From an uncultured Saprospiraceae bacterium (lineage in GTDB: Bacteria; Bacteroidota; Bacteroidia; Chitinophagales; Saprospiraceae), in NCBI GenBank assembly GCA_964595955.1, contig CAZQSF010000001.1:4456-68455 (forward strand): DNA of 64,000 nucleotides, in the 5' to 3' direction. The notes beneath the pieces are model-generated. The model searched no databases. It saw nothing but the letters and a program-made list of their open reading frames with translations, and was not told the DNA's origin. The position numbers and the translations under genes are program-made. The stretch's first letter is position 1. Each line of letters starts with the position of its first letter. Positions 1 through 10,014 of the stretch are shown piece after piece.

Positions 1-3000
1 CATAAATAGCTGTAGGGGTCGACGCCCCCTTCCACGATTACGGTGATCTGGCCGTTGCTTTCTCCCGAGCAGGTGGGATCGGTGACGAGGATCGTATCCA
101 CAAGCAGCGGCGGCGGCCCCAGCAGGGTGTCGCATTGGGTAAGGGTACATCCGTTGGCGTCTGTCGCGGTGACGCAGTACGGACCGGGCGGCAGGTTCGC
201 TAAGGACTGGGAGGTCGCTCCGGTACTCCACAGCAGGTCGATCTGCCCGGTACCACCGAACGTATTGGCGCTCAGCTGTCCGTCGTTTTGGTTAAAACAG
301 GTAGGGTTCGCGCCGGACAGGTTCAGCCGTAGGCTGTCCGGTTCGAGCAGGTTTACCTGAGCAGAATCCCGGCAAGCCCGATCATCGGTTATCGTTACGC
401 TGTAGGTGCCGGCCGGAAGCCCAGCGACGGAATCGACATCCAGTCCGGGATCAAAGGACCAGCTAAAACTCGGGTTCCCATTGCCACCAAAGACATTCAC
501 GCGTATGGCGCCGCTGCTGTCGCCCGCGCAAAGAATGGGTTGATCTACCTGTATGCTGGCATCCAGTTCCAAGGGCTCGCTGATGGTAAAGGATACGGTA
601 TCTACGCAAAGAAGTTCGTCTTCCAAAGCCACGGCATAATCGCCCGGCGCCAGGTTGGTAAACAGGCCGGCGGATTGCTGAATGCCGTTCGGCAGCAGGG
701 TGTACAGAACTTGCCCGGCGGAATCCATAGCCGAAACGAAAACGCTGCCGTCGGCCTCGCCAAAGCAGGAGACCGGCACCGGCGGATCGGGAAGGGAGCC
801 GGTGAGCATGCAGGGGGGGATCTGGCAGGTGGCACTGCCGATGCTGTCGCCGCACAGAAGGCTGGTAGGGTCCTGATACTTGCGCACTTGCAGGGTCACC
901 TCATCTTCGGGTTGCAGGCCGTCCAGGGTGAGAAACGGATCCGTTACCGGCCCGGTCCAGCCGCCGGGCATTCCGTTGCTGATGATGTTGTACTCGTATT
1001 GGGTGCTGGACCCCGTCCAGGAAAAGGAAATCTCTCCGGGGCCGATCACGGCACAGCTCACCTGAGGTGGGGTAGCCGGCGCAATGACCTGAACGAAAAC
1101 GGAATCGCTTTGCTGACAACCCGTAGCGTCGTTGGTCTCCACCGTATACCAGGTAGAAGTGGCGGGGAAGACCCGGGGATCGGGGCAGTCCGTACAGCTG
1201 ATATCGGTATTGGGGTTCCAGCTGTAGGTCACCTGATTGTCCAGCTGGAAGGTGATGCTCCAACTGTTCAGTGTGCCAAACTGGCTGGGGTCGAAGGCAT
1301 CGGATACCAGCAGAGTCCAGTCGCCGTTGATGGGGGTGCCGCTGAGGGCATTCCAATTTCCTTCGGGTAAAAAGTCGCCGGTAAAAGGAGGGGTGCCGGC
1401 GGTAATTGGCACAGTAGCCAGCGGGGTAAAACAGGTCCCGGTATAATTGTCACTATCTCCGCCGTTGCCGGTGCTCAACTCCAGCAAAGCGCCGTTGGGC
1501 GCTTGGAGAAACAGGGCGATGTCCTCGTTCCAGTCGGTGCTGATGTCCACGCAAACCGATACGATGGTCGCAGCGGGCTCGTTCAGGATACTGGGAAGCA
1601 CATTGTCGACGGGCAGCACGGACGCATACGGATTGGCAGGAGGATGGTTGGCAAAACCGAAGGCGTAATTGGGCAATTGGGTGAATACGGCCTGCCCCAG
1701 GGCTGTATCGGCACTGGCAAAGGCAAAGAGGTTTGCTGTATCCCCCCTGCAGATGACGGCATCCGTATTGGGAATGAGGTTGTCGTTGCAAGCTTGGCGG
1801 CAAGCCGGATCGTAGTCCGGAAGTACCTCCAAAAAGAGGAGCGTATCGGCCGAACAACCAAAGCTGTCGGTGGCGGTGAGCCGGTAGGGATAGAGCCCCG
1901 GTCCCGGAGGCTGGAGGAGCAGGGAGTCCGGGTCGGCATTCAGCAGGCCGCCGGCATGGGTCCATGTTAGGTCGGCCAGTCCCGGTGAGAAGAGCTGCGA
2001 CTGCGGCAGGATGCTGTTGGCAAAGCCGAGCGACCAGGAAAAGAGAAAGCCGTTGTCCAGGGTCAAGAAATCCTCGACGGTAAGGGTCCAGGTGCCGTTG
2101 AGCGGGCATCCGAGGAGGTTCGACAAGGGTTCGGCCGAATTGTAATCGCCGGGAGGCAGGGTGGTTAGCCCGTTGTTATCGGCAAACGCCAGCATGGTCC
2201 CGTTGGTGGCCGTCGGGGTCCAGCAGTAGTCGAACCCCTGGCCGGGTATGGGAAAGAGGTCGTCGTCTTCATCGGGTATGCCCAGAAAGACCGGTCCGCC
2301 GGTAGCGCCAAGGTGTTCTTGCAGGACGACGGAACTTCCGTTCGGACAGGTGAGCCTGATCTCCAGGTCGCGCAGGTAGGAGTGTTCGGCATTGATGCAG
2401 ATGGCTTCGAGTTGCTGCAGGTCGTCCAGGGTTTGTCCGGGAGCAAAATCGAAAAAGGAGAGGCTGGTCTGGTAGGGTATGCCGATGCCGTCGGGCAGGG
2501 GCAGAGAGTCGGACTCTATGTTTTGGGAAGGGAACTGGGCCGAATCCTGACTGATGGTGAGGTCGGCAGGGGCAAGGGGATCGATGCTGAGGGAAAGACC
2601 GGCTGAGTCGCCGGTGCAAATGGGCCCGGGGCCGGGCGAATTTCCCGCGATCTGAATCGGTGGGGCTACCCGTACACGCACCTGGGCTAAATTGGTGTTG
2701 GTACAACCCTGCTGATCGGTCACGCTCAAATTGACGAAGTACCCTCCGGGCTCCGTGAAGGTGTGGCTCAGCTGTCGGCCGGTAGCCGTGTTGCCGTCGC
2801 CAAAGTCCCAGTGGAAAGTGGCTGTGGCGGTATCCTGGTCGTAGATCAGGCCGTCTTGCGGGAAAGAGGCATCGGCGGAGAACTGAACCGCATCGCCCGG
2901 GCAAATGTCGATAAAGCCGGAATCCGCCGGCACCATAGCCGGCAGGGTCGAATCGATCTCGGCCACGATCGGCTGACAGCTGGGTATGCACTCAATTTCT

Positions 3001-3428
3001 GCCGACCAGCCGTCTCCGCTGAAAAACAAGGAGGAAAGAAAGGATATCGTCAGGCAGCCGGAGGTATTTGCGGCCGAGGCCTGCACCGTTACCGGGCTGC
3101 CGTCGTTGAAAAGAGTAAAGCATTCGATGGTAGGGGCATTGGTGTCCGGCCCGTCGAAAATGCAGAGTACATCGCCGAAGCCCAGATCGATACGCGGCTC
3201 AAAGGTCAGCCGGATATGGGTTCCGCTGCTGTTGTCGCTGCAGATGGTGGTGACGAAATTATCGAGCGCATCGTAATCGCCACCGGGTCCGCCGCTATCG
3301 TAGAATACCCCTTCGCAGGCCGTGATGTCGGAGCCGTCCATAATATACACCTGGGCCGACAACGGGCCGCCAAACAACAGGCCAAACAACAGGGGAAAGG
3401 CTATGCGGTAACTTGCCTTTGGGATCAT
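1..3428 (-). CDS. Large secreted cell-surface adhesin, N-terminal 1142 codons (C-terminus lies beyond the left edge). Contains a signal peptide, an N-terminal beta-sandwich, a PKD domain, two proprotein-convertase P-domain-like modules and SprB-type repeats.
   Basis: I translated the minus frame by hand from ATG at complement(3426..3428). No TTA/CTA/TCA occurs at plus positions = 0 mod 3 anywhere in 1..3428, and an in-frame stop lies just upstream (3468..3470). Signal peptide: MIPKASYRIAFPLLFGLLFGGPLSAQV. PKD motif: WDFGDGNTATGRQLSHTFTEPGGYFVNLSVTDQQGC. P-domain-like: AEHSYLRDLEIRLTCPNGSSVVL and GDWTLLVSDAFDPSQFGTLNSWSITF. SprB-like repeats: CFGEADGS, CAGDSSGAI, CFNQNDGQL, CSGESNGQI. Absent from the supplied ORF track because there is no stop in the window. 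Confidence 0.85.
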   Translation of the reverse strand, partial: MIPKASYRIAFPLLFGLLFGGPLSAQVYIMDGSDITACEGVFYDSGGPGGDYDALDNFVTTICSDNSSGTHIRLTFEPRIDLGFGDVLCIFDGPDTNAPTIECFTLFNDGSPVTVQASAANTSGCLTISFLSSLFFSGDGWSAEIECIPSCQPIVAEIDSTLPAMVPADSGFIDICPGDAVQFSADASFPQDGLIYDQDTATATFHWDFGDGNTATGRQLSHTFTEPGGYFVNLSVTDQQGCTNTNLAQVRVRVAPPIQIAGNSPGPGPICTGDSAGLSLSIDPLAPADLTISQDSAQFPSQNIESDSLPLPDGIGIPYQTSLSFFDFAPGQTLDDLQQLEAICINAEHSYLRDLEIRLTCPNGSSVVLQEHLGATGGPVFLGIPDEDDDLFPIPGQGFDYCWTPTATNGTMLAFADNNGLTTLPPGDYNSAEPLSNLLGCPLNGTWTLTVEDFLTLDNGFLFSWSLGFANSILPQSQLFSPGLADLTWTHAGGLLNADPDSLLLQPPGPGLYPYRLTATDSFGCSADTLLFLEVLPDYDPACRQACNDNLIPNTDAVICRGDTANLFAFASADTALGQAVFTQLPNYAFGFANHPPANPYASVLPVDNVLPSILNEPAATIVSVCVDISTDWNEDIALFLQAPNGALLELSTGNGGDSDNYTGTCFTPLATVPITAGTPPFTGDFLPEGNWNALSGTPINGDWTLLVSDAFDPSQFGTLNSWSITFQLDNQVTYSWNPNTDISCTDCPDPRVFPATSTWYTVETNDATGCQQSDSVFVQVIAPATPPQVSCAVIGPGEISFSWTGSSTQYEYNIISNGMPGGWTGPVTDPFLTLDGLQPEDEVTLQVRKYQDPTSLLCGDSIGSATCQIPPCMLTGSLPDPPVPVSCFGEADGSVFVSAMDSAGQVLYTLLPNGIQQSAGLFTNLAPGDYAVALEDELLCVDTVSFTISEPLELDASIQVDQPILCAGDSSGAIRVNVFGGNGNPSFSWSFDPGLDVDSVAGLPAGTYSVTITDDRACRDSAQVNLLEPDSLRLNLSGANPTCFNQNDGQLSANTFGGTGQIDLLWSTGATSQSLANLPPGPYCVTATDANGCTLTQCDTLLGPPPLLVDTILVTDPTCSGESNGQITVIVEGGVDPYSYL

Positions 3429-3651
3429 GAATACAATGGGATTTTTGCAGTAGCGAACAAGAGCCTTTCAAATTCCAAAAAACGCCATTCGCCGAACAGG
3501 CAGTATACAAAATTAGCACACAATCCGTTATCCACCGGAATTTAACATGCCTTTGCCGGATTTGGCGAAAGAATCGGCGGAATCTTTTTCCGGGCCGGAA
3601 GAGCTCGTATACCCACCGGGCAAACCCGAGCTTTTTGCTATTTTTACCCGC

Positions 3652-4536
3652 ATGCAAATCTTAGACGGAAAGCAACTTTCCCAAACTATTAAGGAAGAGC
3701 TCACCGGGCAAGTCCAGCAGCGCCTCAAGGCAGGACATCGTCCTCCCCATTTGGCGGCGGTGCTGGTCGGCGACGATCCCGCCAGCCAGGTTTACGTCCG
3801 CAACAAGGTACGCTCCTGTGAGCAGGTCGGGTTCAGGTCGACCCTGCTTCGCAAACCGGCCGATATCAGTCAGGAGGAGTTGATGCAGATCGTGCAGGAT
3901 CTCAACCGGGATGATGCCCTCGACGGCTTCATCGTGCAGCTCCCGCTGCCCGACCACCTGGACGAAGAGCGGGTGACCCTGGCGATCGATCCGCGAAAAG
4001 ATGTGGATGGCTTTCACCCGGTCAATGTAGGACGCATGGCCCAGGGGCTCCCGGCCTATTTGCCGGCCACACCTGCCGGTATATTGGAAATGTTGCGCCG
4101 TTACGAAATCCCGACCTCCGGCAAAGAAGTGGTGGTGGTGGGGCGCAGCAATATTGTAGGCACCCCCATTAGCATACTGCTTTCGCGCAAAGCGGATCCG
4201 GGCAACGCGACGGTCACGCTTTGCCACAGCCGGACCGGCGACCTGGCCTTCCACACCCGCCGTGCCGATATCATCGTGGCGGCCACGGGCATGCCCCAAT
4301 TCATTACCGGTGACATGGTCAAGGACGGAGTGGTCGTTATCGATGTGGGGATCAACCGCGTGGATGACGCCAGCCGCAAAAAGGGCTATCGGCTGGTAGG
4401 CGATGTGGATTTCGATAGCGTATCCCCCAAAGCATCCCACATCACACCGGTTCCCGGCGGGGTAGGGCCCATGACAGTGGTTTCCCTCCTGCTCAATACG
4501 ATGAAAGCCAATACGGGAGCGATCTACTCCAAATAA
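3652..4536 (+). CDS. folD: Bifunctional methylenetetrahydrofolate dehydrogenase/cyclohydrolase
   Basis: Within ORF 3547..4536, the ATG at 3652 gives MQILDGKQLS, typical of FolD N-termini. Motifs: VLVGDDPASQVYVRNK, DGFIVQLPLP, VVVVGRSNIVG, PGGVGPMT. Confidence 0.95.
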   Translation: MQILDGKQLSQTIKEELTGQVQQRLKAGHRPPHLAAVLVGDDPASQVYVRNKVRSCEQVGFRSTLLRKPADISQEELMQIVQDLNRDDALDGFIVQLPLPDHLDEERVTLAIDPRKDVDGFHPVNVGRMAQGLPAYLPATPAGILEMLRRYEIPTSGKEVVVVGRSNIVGTPISILLSRKADPGNATVTLCHSRTGDLAFHTRRADIIVAATGMPQFITGDMVKDGVVVIDVGINRVDDASRKKGYRLVGDVDFDSVSPKASHITPVPGGVGPMTVVSLLLNTMKANTGAIYSK

Positions 4537-4537
4537 A

Positions 4538-5359
4538 ATGGCGTACATCCAGCTGGATATCGAAGTGCCCGAAGATCAGAAGGAGGTGCTTCTGGCCTGG
4601 CTCGAACCCCTTCCCATCGAAGCTTTCGAAGAAACCGAAAGAGGCTGGCGTGCTTATCTTCCGGAACAGCACTGGGAAGAAGGCCTCCAAGCTGGCCTGG
4701 CCTCGCTGCAGGAACGCTTGCCCTTTTCGTATTCCGTACGAGCTGTTGCGGATCAAAACTGGAATGCGCTCTGGGAATCCCGGTTCGCCCCCATCCGCGT
4801 AGGTCGCTTTTGCACCCTTCGAGCTCCGTTCCACCCGCCAGACCCTTCCGCCACCTACGATCTGTTGCTCCAACCCAAGATGGCCTTTGGTACGGGGCAT
4901 CACGAAACCACATACATGATGGTACAGCAGATGGAGAGCTTGCGCCTAAAAGGCCGGCGAGTGCTCGACTTCGGCTGCGGCACGGGGGTGCTGGCTATTC
5001 TGGCAGCCAAAATGGGCGCCCGGGAGGTCCATGCCGTCGACATCGAACGGGCAGCCTGGGAAAATGCGTTGGAAAATGCCGAGTTGAATGCGGTAGATGT
5101 CCGGGTCTATCAGGGCGGACTTTCCGCGGCGCCTTCTGCAGCCTACGATATTGTGCTGGCCAATATCACCCGTAACGTAATTACCAGCCACTTAAAGGCG
5201 TTATTTGAACGTATAGTTCCGGAGGGCGTTTTGTTGCTGAGCGGCGTTGTGAAAGCGGAAGAGATTTTGCTGAAAACCGAGCTGGTCAACCAAGGCTTCG
5301 ATTGGGAGCACACCCAACATCGGGGCAACTGGATCTGTATGCGCGCGACCCGGCCATGA
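4538..5359 (+). CDS. prmA: Ribosomal protein L11 methyltransferase
   Basis: Motifs KMAFGTGHHETT and VLDFGCGTGVLAI (SAM-binding). Starts 1 nt after the folD stop. Confidence 0.9.
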   Translation: MAYIQLDIEVPEDQKEVLLAWLEPLPIEAFEETERGWRAYLPEQHWEEGLQAGLASLQERLPFSYSVRAVADQNWNALWESRFAPIRVGRFCTLRAPFHPPDPSATYDLLLQPKMAFGTGHHETTYMMVQQMESLRLKGRRVLDFGCGTGVLAILAAKMGAREVHAVDIERAAWENALENAELNAVDVRVYQGGLSAAPSAAYDIVLANITRNVITSHLKALFERIVPEGVLLLSGVVKAEEILLKTELVNQGFDWEHTQHRGNWICMRATRP

Positions 5360-5398
5360 CCGACCCCTTGCCTTTTTCCATACCTGTAAGATGCCCAC

Positions 5399-8300
5399 AT
5401 GATGAAACGCTTTTTTGCACTCTTTTTCGGAATATTCTTTTTGTTCGCCAACCGAGCTTCGCTCTATGCTCAGGCCGATACGCTGGTGCTTCAGGAGCCC
5501 GGGGTCTTTCTAAAGGAGTTGCGCGACTGGGTGCTCAACCAGCGCAAGGAGGCTGAACCCCAGGTACAGGCTTTTACGGAAGTATTCGAAGGGCAGATGG
5601 ACGGCGATCAGCAGCTGGCCGTTATGCAAAGCTGTACGCGCATGCGCGCCAAGCGCATCCCCGCTATTCCCTTTTTTCAGGACTACATGGGCGCTACCGC
5701 CCAGTTCTTCCAGCAAGGCTACGGCCGCGATCGGTTTTACCAATGGAATGCCACTGTAGACACACTGGTGTCGCGCCTGCAAACCCGAAAGCTTTCCCCC
5801 ATCCGCGATTTTCTGGCCTTTTCGCATCAGTTCTTCACCGACAATGCCCTGCGCTATTCCGAGCTGGGTACCAGCTGGTATGCGCGCACTCCCGATTGGT
5901 CCTTTGGCTTTGAAGGGGAGGAACCGGCCGTGCGCTTTCCGGCGCTGGATCTGGTAGCCGTTCGCAAAGAGGATTCTATCCAGGTGCGACAGACCCAGGG
6001 GCATTTCCTGCCGGTGGCCAACCTCTGGAAAGGCCGCGGCGGCAAGGCAGCCTGGGACCGTTTTCCCGAAATGGAGGAAGGGGTTTATGTAGATCTGCAG
6101 GATTATCAGATCGACCTGACCAAAAGCCTGTATCAGGCAGAGGGTGCCCAGCTTTACTATCCGCTTTATTTCGGCCAGCAGGCGGTGGAAGGTCGTTACA
6201 GCGATAAATTGGTGGTGGCCAATGCAGCTACCGAAGGTTCCTATCCGCGCTTTGAGTCCTATGAGCAGATCCTCAAGATCGACAACTTCGGCAAAGGCGT
6301 TGAGTTCATCGGAGGGTTTCGCCTACAAGGCATGACGGTGTACGGTGGCGGCACAGGGGAGGAACGAGCCACTCTGCGCATTCTGGATCCGCAGAGCCGC
6401 CGTCTGCTATTTCAGGGCAAAGCCGAATCCTTTACCATCCGTCGCGAGGAGCGCATTTCTGCCGAGCAAGTAGATTGTGCACTCTATTTCGAGGGGGGCG
6501 ACTCGCTTTCCCACCCCTCCGTCAATATCCGGTACGAAGTACCCAACCGGACGCTTCGTCTGGCACGCGGCAAACGCGGCAGCGACCGGTACCCCTTTGC
6601 CAGCTCCTATCACAAGGTGAACATCAATGCCGATAAGATCCTCGCCTATTTCGATGTCGACTCTCTGGCCATAGGCCAGGACATCGTGAGCTTCAGCCGC
6701 AAGCAGGAGGCCGAGTTCGAATCGCTCGACCTGTTTGACCCTTCGGAATATCACCGCATTCAGAATATCGCCACCGTCAATCCCATCGCCGTGCTGAAGA
6801 CTACCTCGGAGCTGGAAAACTCCAGGGTTTTATCGGCACAGCTCGTCGCCGAAAAGATCAACCCCCGCTACACGGTGGAGAACATCACCGGCCTGCTGTA
6901 CGATCTGGTCTCCCGAGGTTTTATCGCTTACGATCCGGAGGCTTCCACCGTAGAGGTGAAGGATAAGGTGTTCCTCTATGCCGATGCCGACCGGGGCAAG
7001 GTGGACTTCGATCAGATCAGCCTGAAGAGCGTGGTGGACAGCGCGAATGCCTCCCTGAACTACAAAAATCAGGCGCTGCGGGTGAATGGCGTAAAAAACC
7101 TGGAATTCAGCCGGCGGCAGCGCGTAGCCGTCGTGCCGGACGACCAACGCCTGGCGCTCACCGAAGACCGGGATATGGAATTTCACGGCCTGGTCTACGC
7201 GGGCTATTCCACCTTTCAGGGGCGCTGGTTCCATTTCGACTACGAGCCCTTTCACATCGTAATGGACTCCGTCCACTTCATGGACCTGTATGTGCCTGCC
7301 GGCGATTCCGATCAACCGGTATCCATCAGCTCCCGCATCGAAGACCTGAGCGGGGTGCTTCTCATCGATGCACCGAAAAACAAATCGGGGCGGGACAATA
7401 TTCCCATTTTTCCCTCCTTCCAAAGCAAAGGCAATTCCTACGTCTATTACGATCAGGGCGGCAAAGACAGCACCTACCTGCGCGATTCCTTCTATTTTGA
7501 GCTGAAGCCTTTCAGCTTCAACAGCCTGGATGACTACGATGCCGAGGATATCCGGTTTCCCGGCAAGATGGCCTCGAGCGGGATCTTCCCCGAATTTGAG
7601 GAGCCTTTGGCGTTGCAGGAGGATGATCTATCCCTGGGTTTCGTACGGCCTACACCGGAGGATGGCTTTGATGCTTTCGGCGGCAAAGGATTGTACAAAG
7701 GGGATGTTATTCTCAACAACAGTGGTCTGCAGGGCAAGGGGAACCTCACCTACCTCAATGCCTCTATCGACTCCGAAGACCTTTTGTTCAAACCCAAAGA
7801 GGTCACGGCCAGTGCAGATGCTTTCGATCTGGAGGAGGAGCGCACCGACCAGCGTGAAACGCCGGAGGTGCACGGCTCCAGCGTGAGCATCGACTGGAAA
7901 CCCTACAAGGACAGCATGTACGTGAGTTCGACCGAGGGTACGCCCTTTGACGTGTACAAAGACCTGGATGCCAATCTGGATGGAACGGTCGTGCTGAGTC
8001 CGGGAGGGCTGAGCGGTATCGGCACCCTGAGCTGGGAACGCGCCGAGATGAAGTCCGATCTGTTCTCGCTGGGAGCGGCCTCCGCCCGGGCTGATACCAC
8101 GACCATCGGGATTCGCGCCATTGGCGCCCCCGACGAATTTGCTCTCTATACCGAAGGGGTTAACGGTTTCGTGGATTTTGAATCCAGTGAAGCGGCCTTT
8201 GTGGCCAATGAAGGGGAGCTGGAGACTACCCTCCCGTTCAATCAGTACAAGACCAGCATGAACGAGTTCAGCTGGGACATGACCAAGGAACTGATTGATT

Positions 8301-9931
8301 TTAAGTCGGATCCCACGCAAAGGGGCCAGTTCACTTCCATCCACCCCGACCAGGACTCCCTCTTTTTTGAGGCCGAGACGGCAGCCTATGACCTGAATAA
8401 CAACGGCCTGCTGCTCGGCGGGGTGCCCTATATTCCCACCTGTGATGCGCTGGTGTATCCCGACAGCAACAAAGTGGAAATCCAGCCGGGCGGGGTGATC
8501 AAAACGCTCACCAACGCGCGCATCGTTGCGGATACGTCCAACCAATACCACGTGATCAACCGGGCTACGGTAGATATTTTCGGCAAAAAACACTACGAGG
8601 CCAGTGGCTTTTACGAGTACAACCTGCCCAATCGCGAGCAGGAGATCGAATTCGCCAAGGTAGTCGGCGAGCGGGTCGGGAAAGGCGCCCGAAGCGAGAA
8701 AGCCACCGAGACCCGTGCACAGGGAGAGGTGACCGAAGCCGACTCCTTTTTCATCGACTTCAAAACGCGCTTTCAGGGCACGATCTCTCTTCGTTCCAGT
8801 ACGAAGAATCTTCGCTTTGAGGGGTTTGCCTTGTTGGATGCCGATCGGTTGCCGGAGCGGCAATGGTTCTTTGTATCCAGCGAAGGCGACAAGAAAGATC
8901 TGGCCATTCAGTTTGACGAGCCCAAAAACCTGGAGGGCGTGCCCCTGTACACCGGCCTGTACGTGAGCCGCGAAACGGCCAAGCTGTATCCGCGCGTGCT
9001 CATGCCTCTGGGCTTTCGCAAGGACCGGGAGCTGTTCAAAGCCAGCGGCCTGTTCAAATACAAGCTCGCCGAAGATGCCTTTTACTTCGGGGATTCCACT
9101 AAGGTGATCCGCGATAGCCTGGTGGGCAACCAGTTGGTGTACAAGAACAAAGGCGGTAGGGTAGAGGCCGAAGGGCGCTTCAACCTGGGCGAAGGCTTGA
9201 AATACATCAGCGTAGACGCAGCCGGAACGGCCAGTTCGGCCTTTCCCAGCCCGCAAGATACGGTCTTCGGGCCGTTTGCAGACTACCCCTTCGAAGGGCG
9301 GTTTATGGCGGGCATCAGCATGATCGTGCCGGAGAAGTTGCTCAAGATCATGATCAACGATCTTCAGGCCTCCAGTTTTGATGCCAGCAATATTTCCTAT
9401 CTCACCGATCTCAACTTCTACAAAAAAGCAGCCTACGAGCTGTTTCCGGTATCCCAGGAAAAGGCCGTCAAGGAGGCCGTAGACGCCCTCACTTCCGGCT
9501 TTTTGGACATCCCGCCCAAATTCAACCCCTACACCTTCCTGTTCAGCGATCTGCCCATGGTTTGGAGTTCGGACCTCCAGTCCCTGGTGTCATCCGAAAA
9601 AGAGGTGGGTGTTGCCAGCGTGGGCGGTGTGGGCATTAACAAGAAGCTGGAGTGCTATGTAGAGTTCAAGATGCCCAGCAACATGGACGACCGGCTGTAT
9701 CTGTACATCAAAGCTCCCATGGGCAATTACTACTTTTTCGGTTTCAAGCAGGGGATTCTCAACGTCACCTCCAATAACACCACCTTCATGGACGAACTCT
9801 TTTCTCTGAAAAAGAAGGAGATGTTTATCAAAATGGATGATGGGGAGATGTATGAAATCACCGCCGTAGAGCCCAGTACAGCTCGCATCTTTATCAACCG
9901 GATCAATGCGGCGCTGGAAGGAGGCTTTTGA
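5399..9931 (+). CDS. Very large (1510 aa) secreted or envelope protein of unknown function
   Basis: Uninterrupted ORF with N-terminal signal-like MMKRFFALFFGIFFLFANRASLYAQ. I recognise no catalytic or repeat motif. The antisense ORFs in this span are shorter and low-complexity. Confidence 0.85.
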   Translation: MMKRFFALFFGIFFLFANRASLYAQADTLVLQEPGVFLKELRDWVLNQRKEAEPQVQAFTEVFEGQMDGDQQLAVMQSCTRMRAKRIPAIPFFQDYMGATAQFFQQGYGRDRFYQWNATVDTLVSRLQTRKLSPIRDFLAFSHQFFTDNALRYSELGTSWYARTPDWSFGFEGEEPAVRFPALDLVAVRKEDSIQVRQTQGHFLPVANLWKGRGGKAAWDRFPEMEEGVYVDLQDYQIDLTKSLYQAEGAQLYYPLYFGQQAVEGRYSDKLVVANAATEGSYPRFESYEQILKIDNFGKGVEFIGGFRLQGMTVYGGGTGEERATLRILDPQSRRLLFQGKAESFTIRREERISAEQVDCALYFEGGDSLSHPSVNIRYEVPNRTLRLARGKRGSDRYPFASSYHKVNINADKILAYFDVDSLAIGQDIVSFSRKQEAEFESLDLFDPSEYHRIQNIATVNPIAVLKTTSELENSRVLSAQLVAEKINPRYTVENITGLLYDLVSRGFIAYDPEASTVEVKDKVFLYADADRGKVDFDQISLKSVVDSANASLNYKNQALRVNGVKNLEFSRRQRVAVVPDDQRLALTEDRDMEFHGLVYAGYSTFQGRWFHFDYEPFHIVMDSVHFMDLYVPAGDSDQPVSISSRIEDLSGVLLIDAPKNKSGRDNIPIFPSFQSKGNSYVYYDQGGKDSTYLRDSFYFELKPFSFNSLDDYDAEDIRFPGKMASSGIFPEFEEPLALQEDDLSLGFVRPTPEDGFDAFGGKGLYKGDVILNNSGLQGKGNLTYLNASIDSEDLLFKPKEVTASADAFDLEEERTDQRETPEVHGSSVSIDWKPYKDSMYVSSTEGTPFDVYKDLDANLDGTVVLSPGGLSGIGTLSWERAEMKSDLFSLGAASARADTTTIGIRAIGAPDEFALYTEGVNGFVDFESSEAAFVANEGELETTLPFNQYKTSMNEFSWDMTKELIDFKSDPTQRGQFTSIHPDQDSLFFEAETAAYDLNNNGLLLGGVPYIPTCDALVYPDSNKVEIQPGGVIKTLTNARIVADTSNQYHVINRATVDIFGKKHYEASGFYEYNLPNREQEIEFAKVVGERVGKGARSEKATETRAQGEVTEADSFFIDFKTRFQGTISLRSSTKNLRFEGFALLDADRLPERQWFFVSSEGDKKDLAIQFDEPKNLEGVPLYTGLYVSRETAKLYPRVLMPLGFRKDRELFKASGLFKYKLAEDAFYFGDSTKVIRDSLVGNQLVYKNKGGRVEAEGRFNLGEGLKYISVDAAGTASSAFPSPQDTVFGPFADYPFEGRFMAGISMIVPEKLLKIMINDLQASSFDASNISYLTDLNFYKKAAYELFPVSQEKAVKEAVDALTSGFLDIPPKFNPYTFLFSDLPMVWSSDLQSLVSSEKEVGVASVGGVGINKKLECYVEFKMPSNMDDRLYLYIKAPMGNYYFFGFKQGILNVTSNNTTFMDELFSLKKKEMFIKMDDGEMYEITAVEPSTARIFINRINAALEGGF

Positions 9932-10014
9932 TTAAGCCGTCAAATCTCCAGTGCTGTCCTGCCGGTTGCAAACGGAAAAAATGAACCTTTCCCTTCGCTT
10001 TCCTTTTCATCCTT

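Noticed and set aside
540-3545. Track ORFs 540..1370 (+), 1453..2109 (-), 2269..2991 (-), 2763..3545 (+) and other short ones in this span.
   Set aside because: They are shadow frames of the GC-rich adhesin gene on the third minus frame. Their translations are Arg/Gly/Pro/Ala-rich low-complexity sequence without motifs. The unlisted frame is open for 3428 nt and has clear domain motifs.
7628-9256. 542-aa ORF antisense to the 1510-aa gene.
   Set aside because: It is shorter than, and nested within, the long plus-strand ORF. Its composition is Gly/Arg/Ala/Val-rich, typical of an antisense frame.
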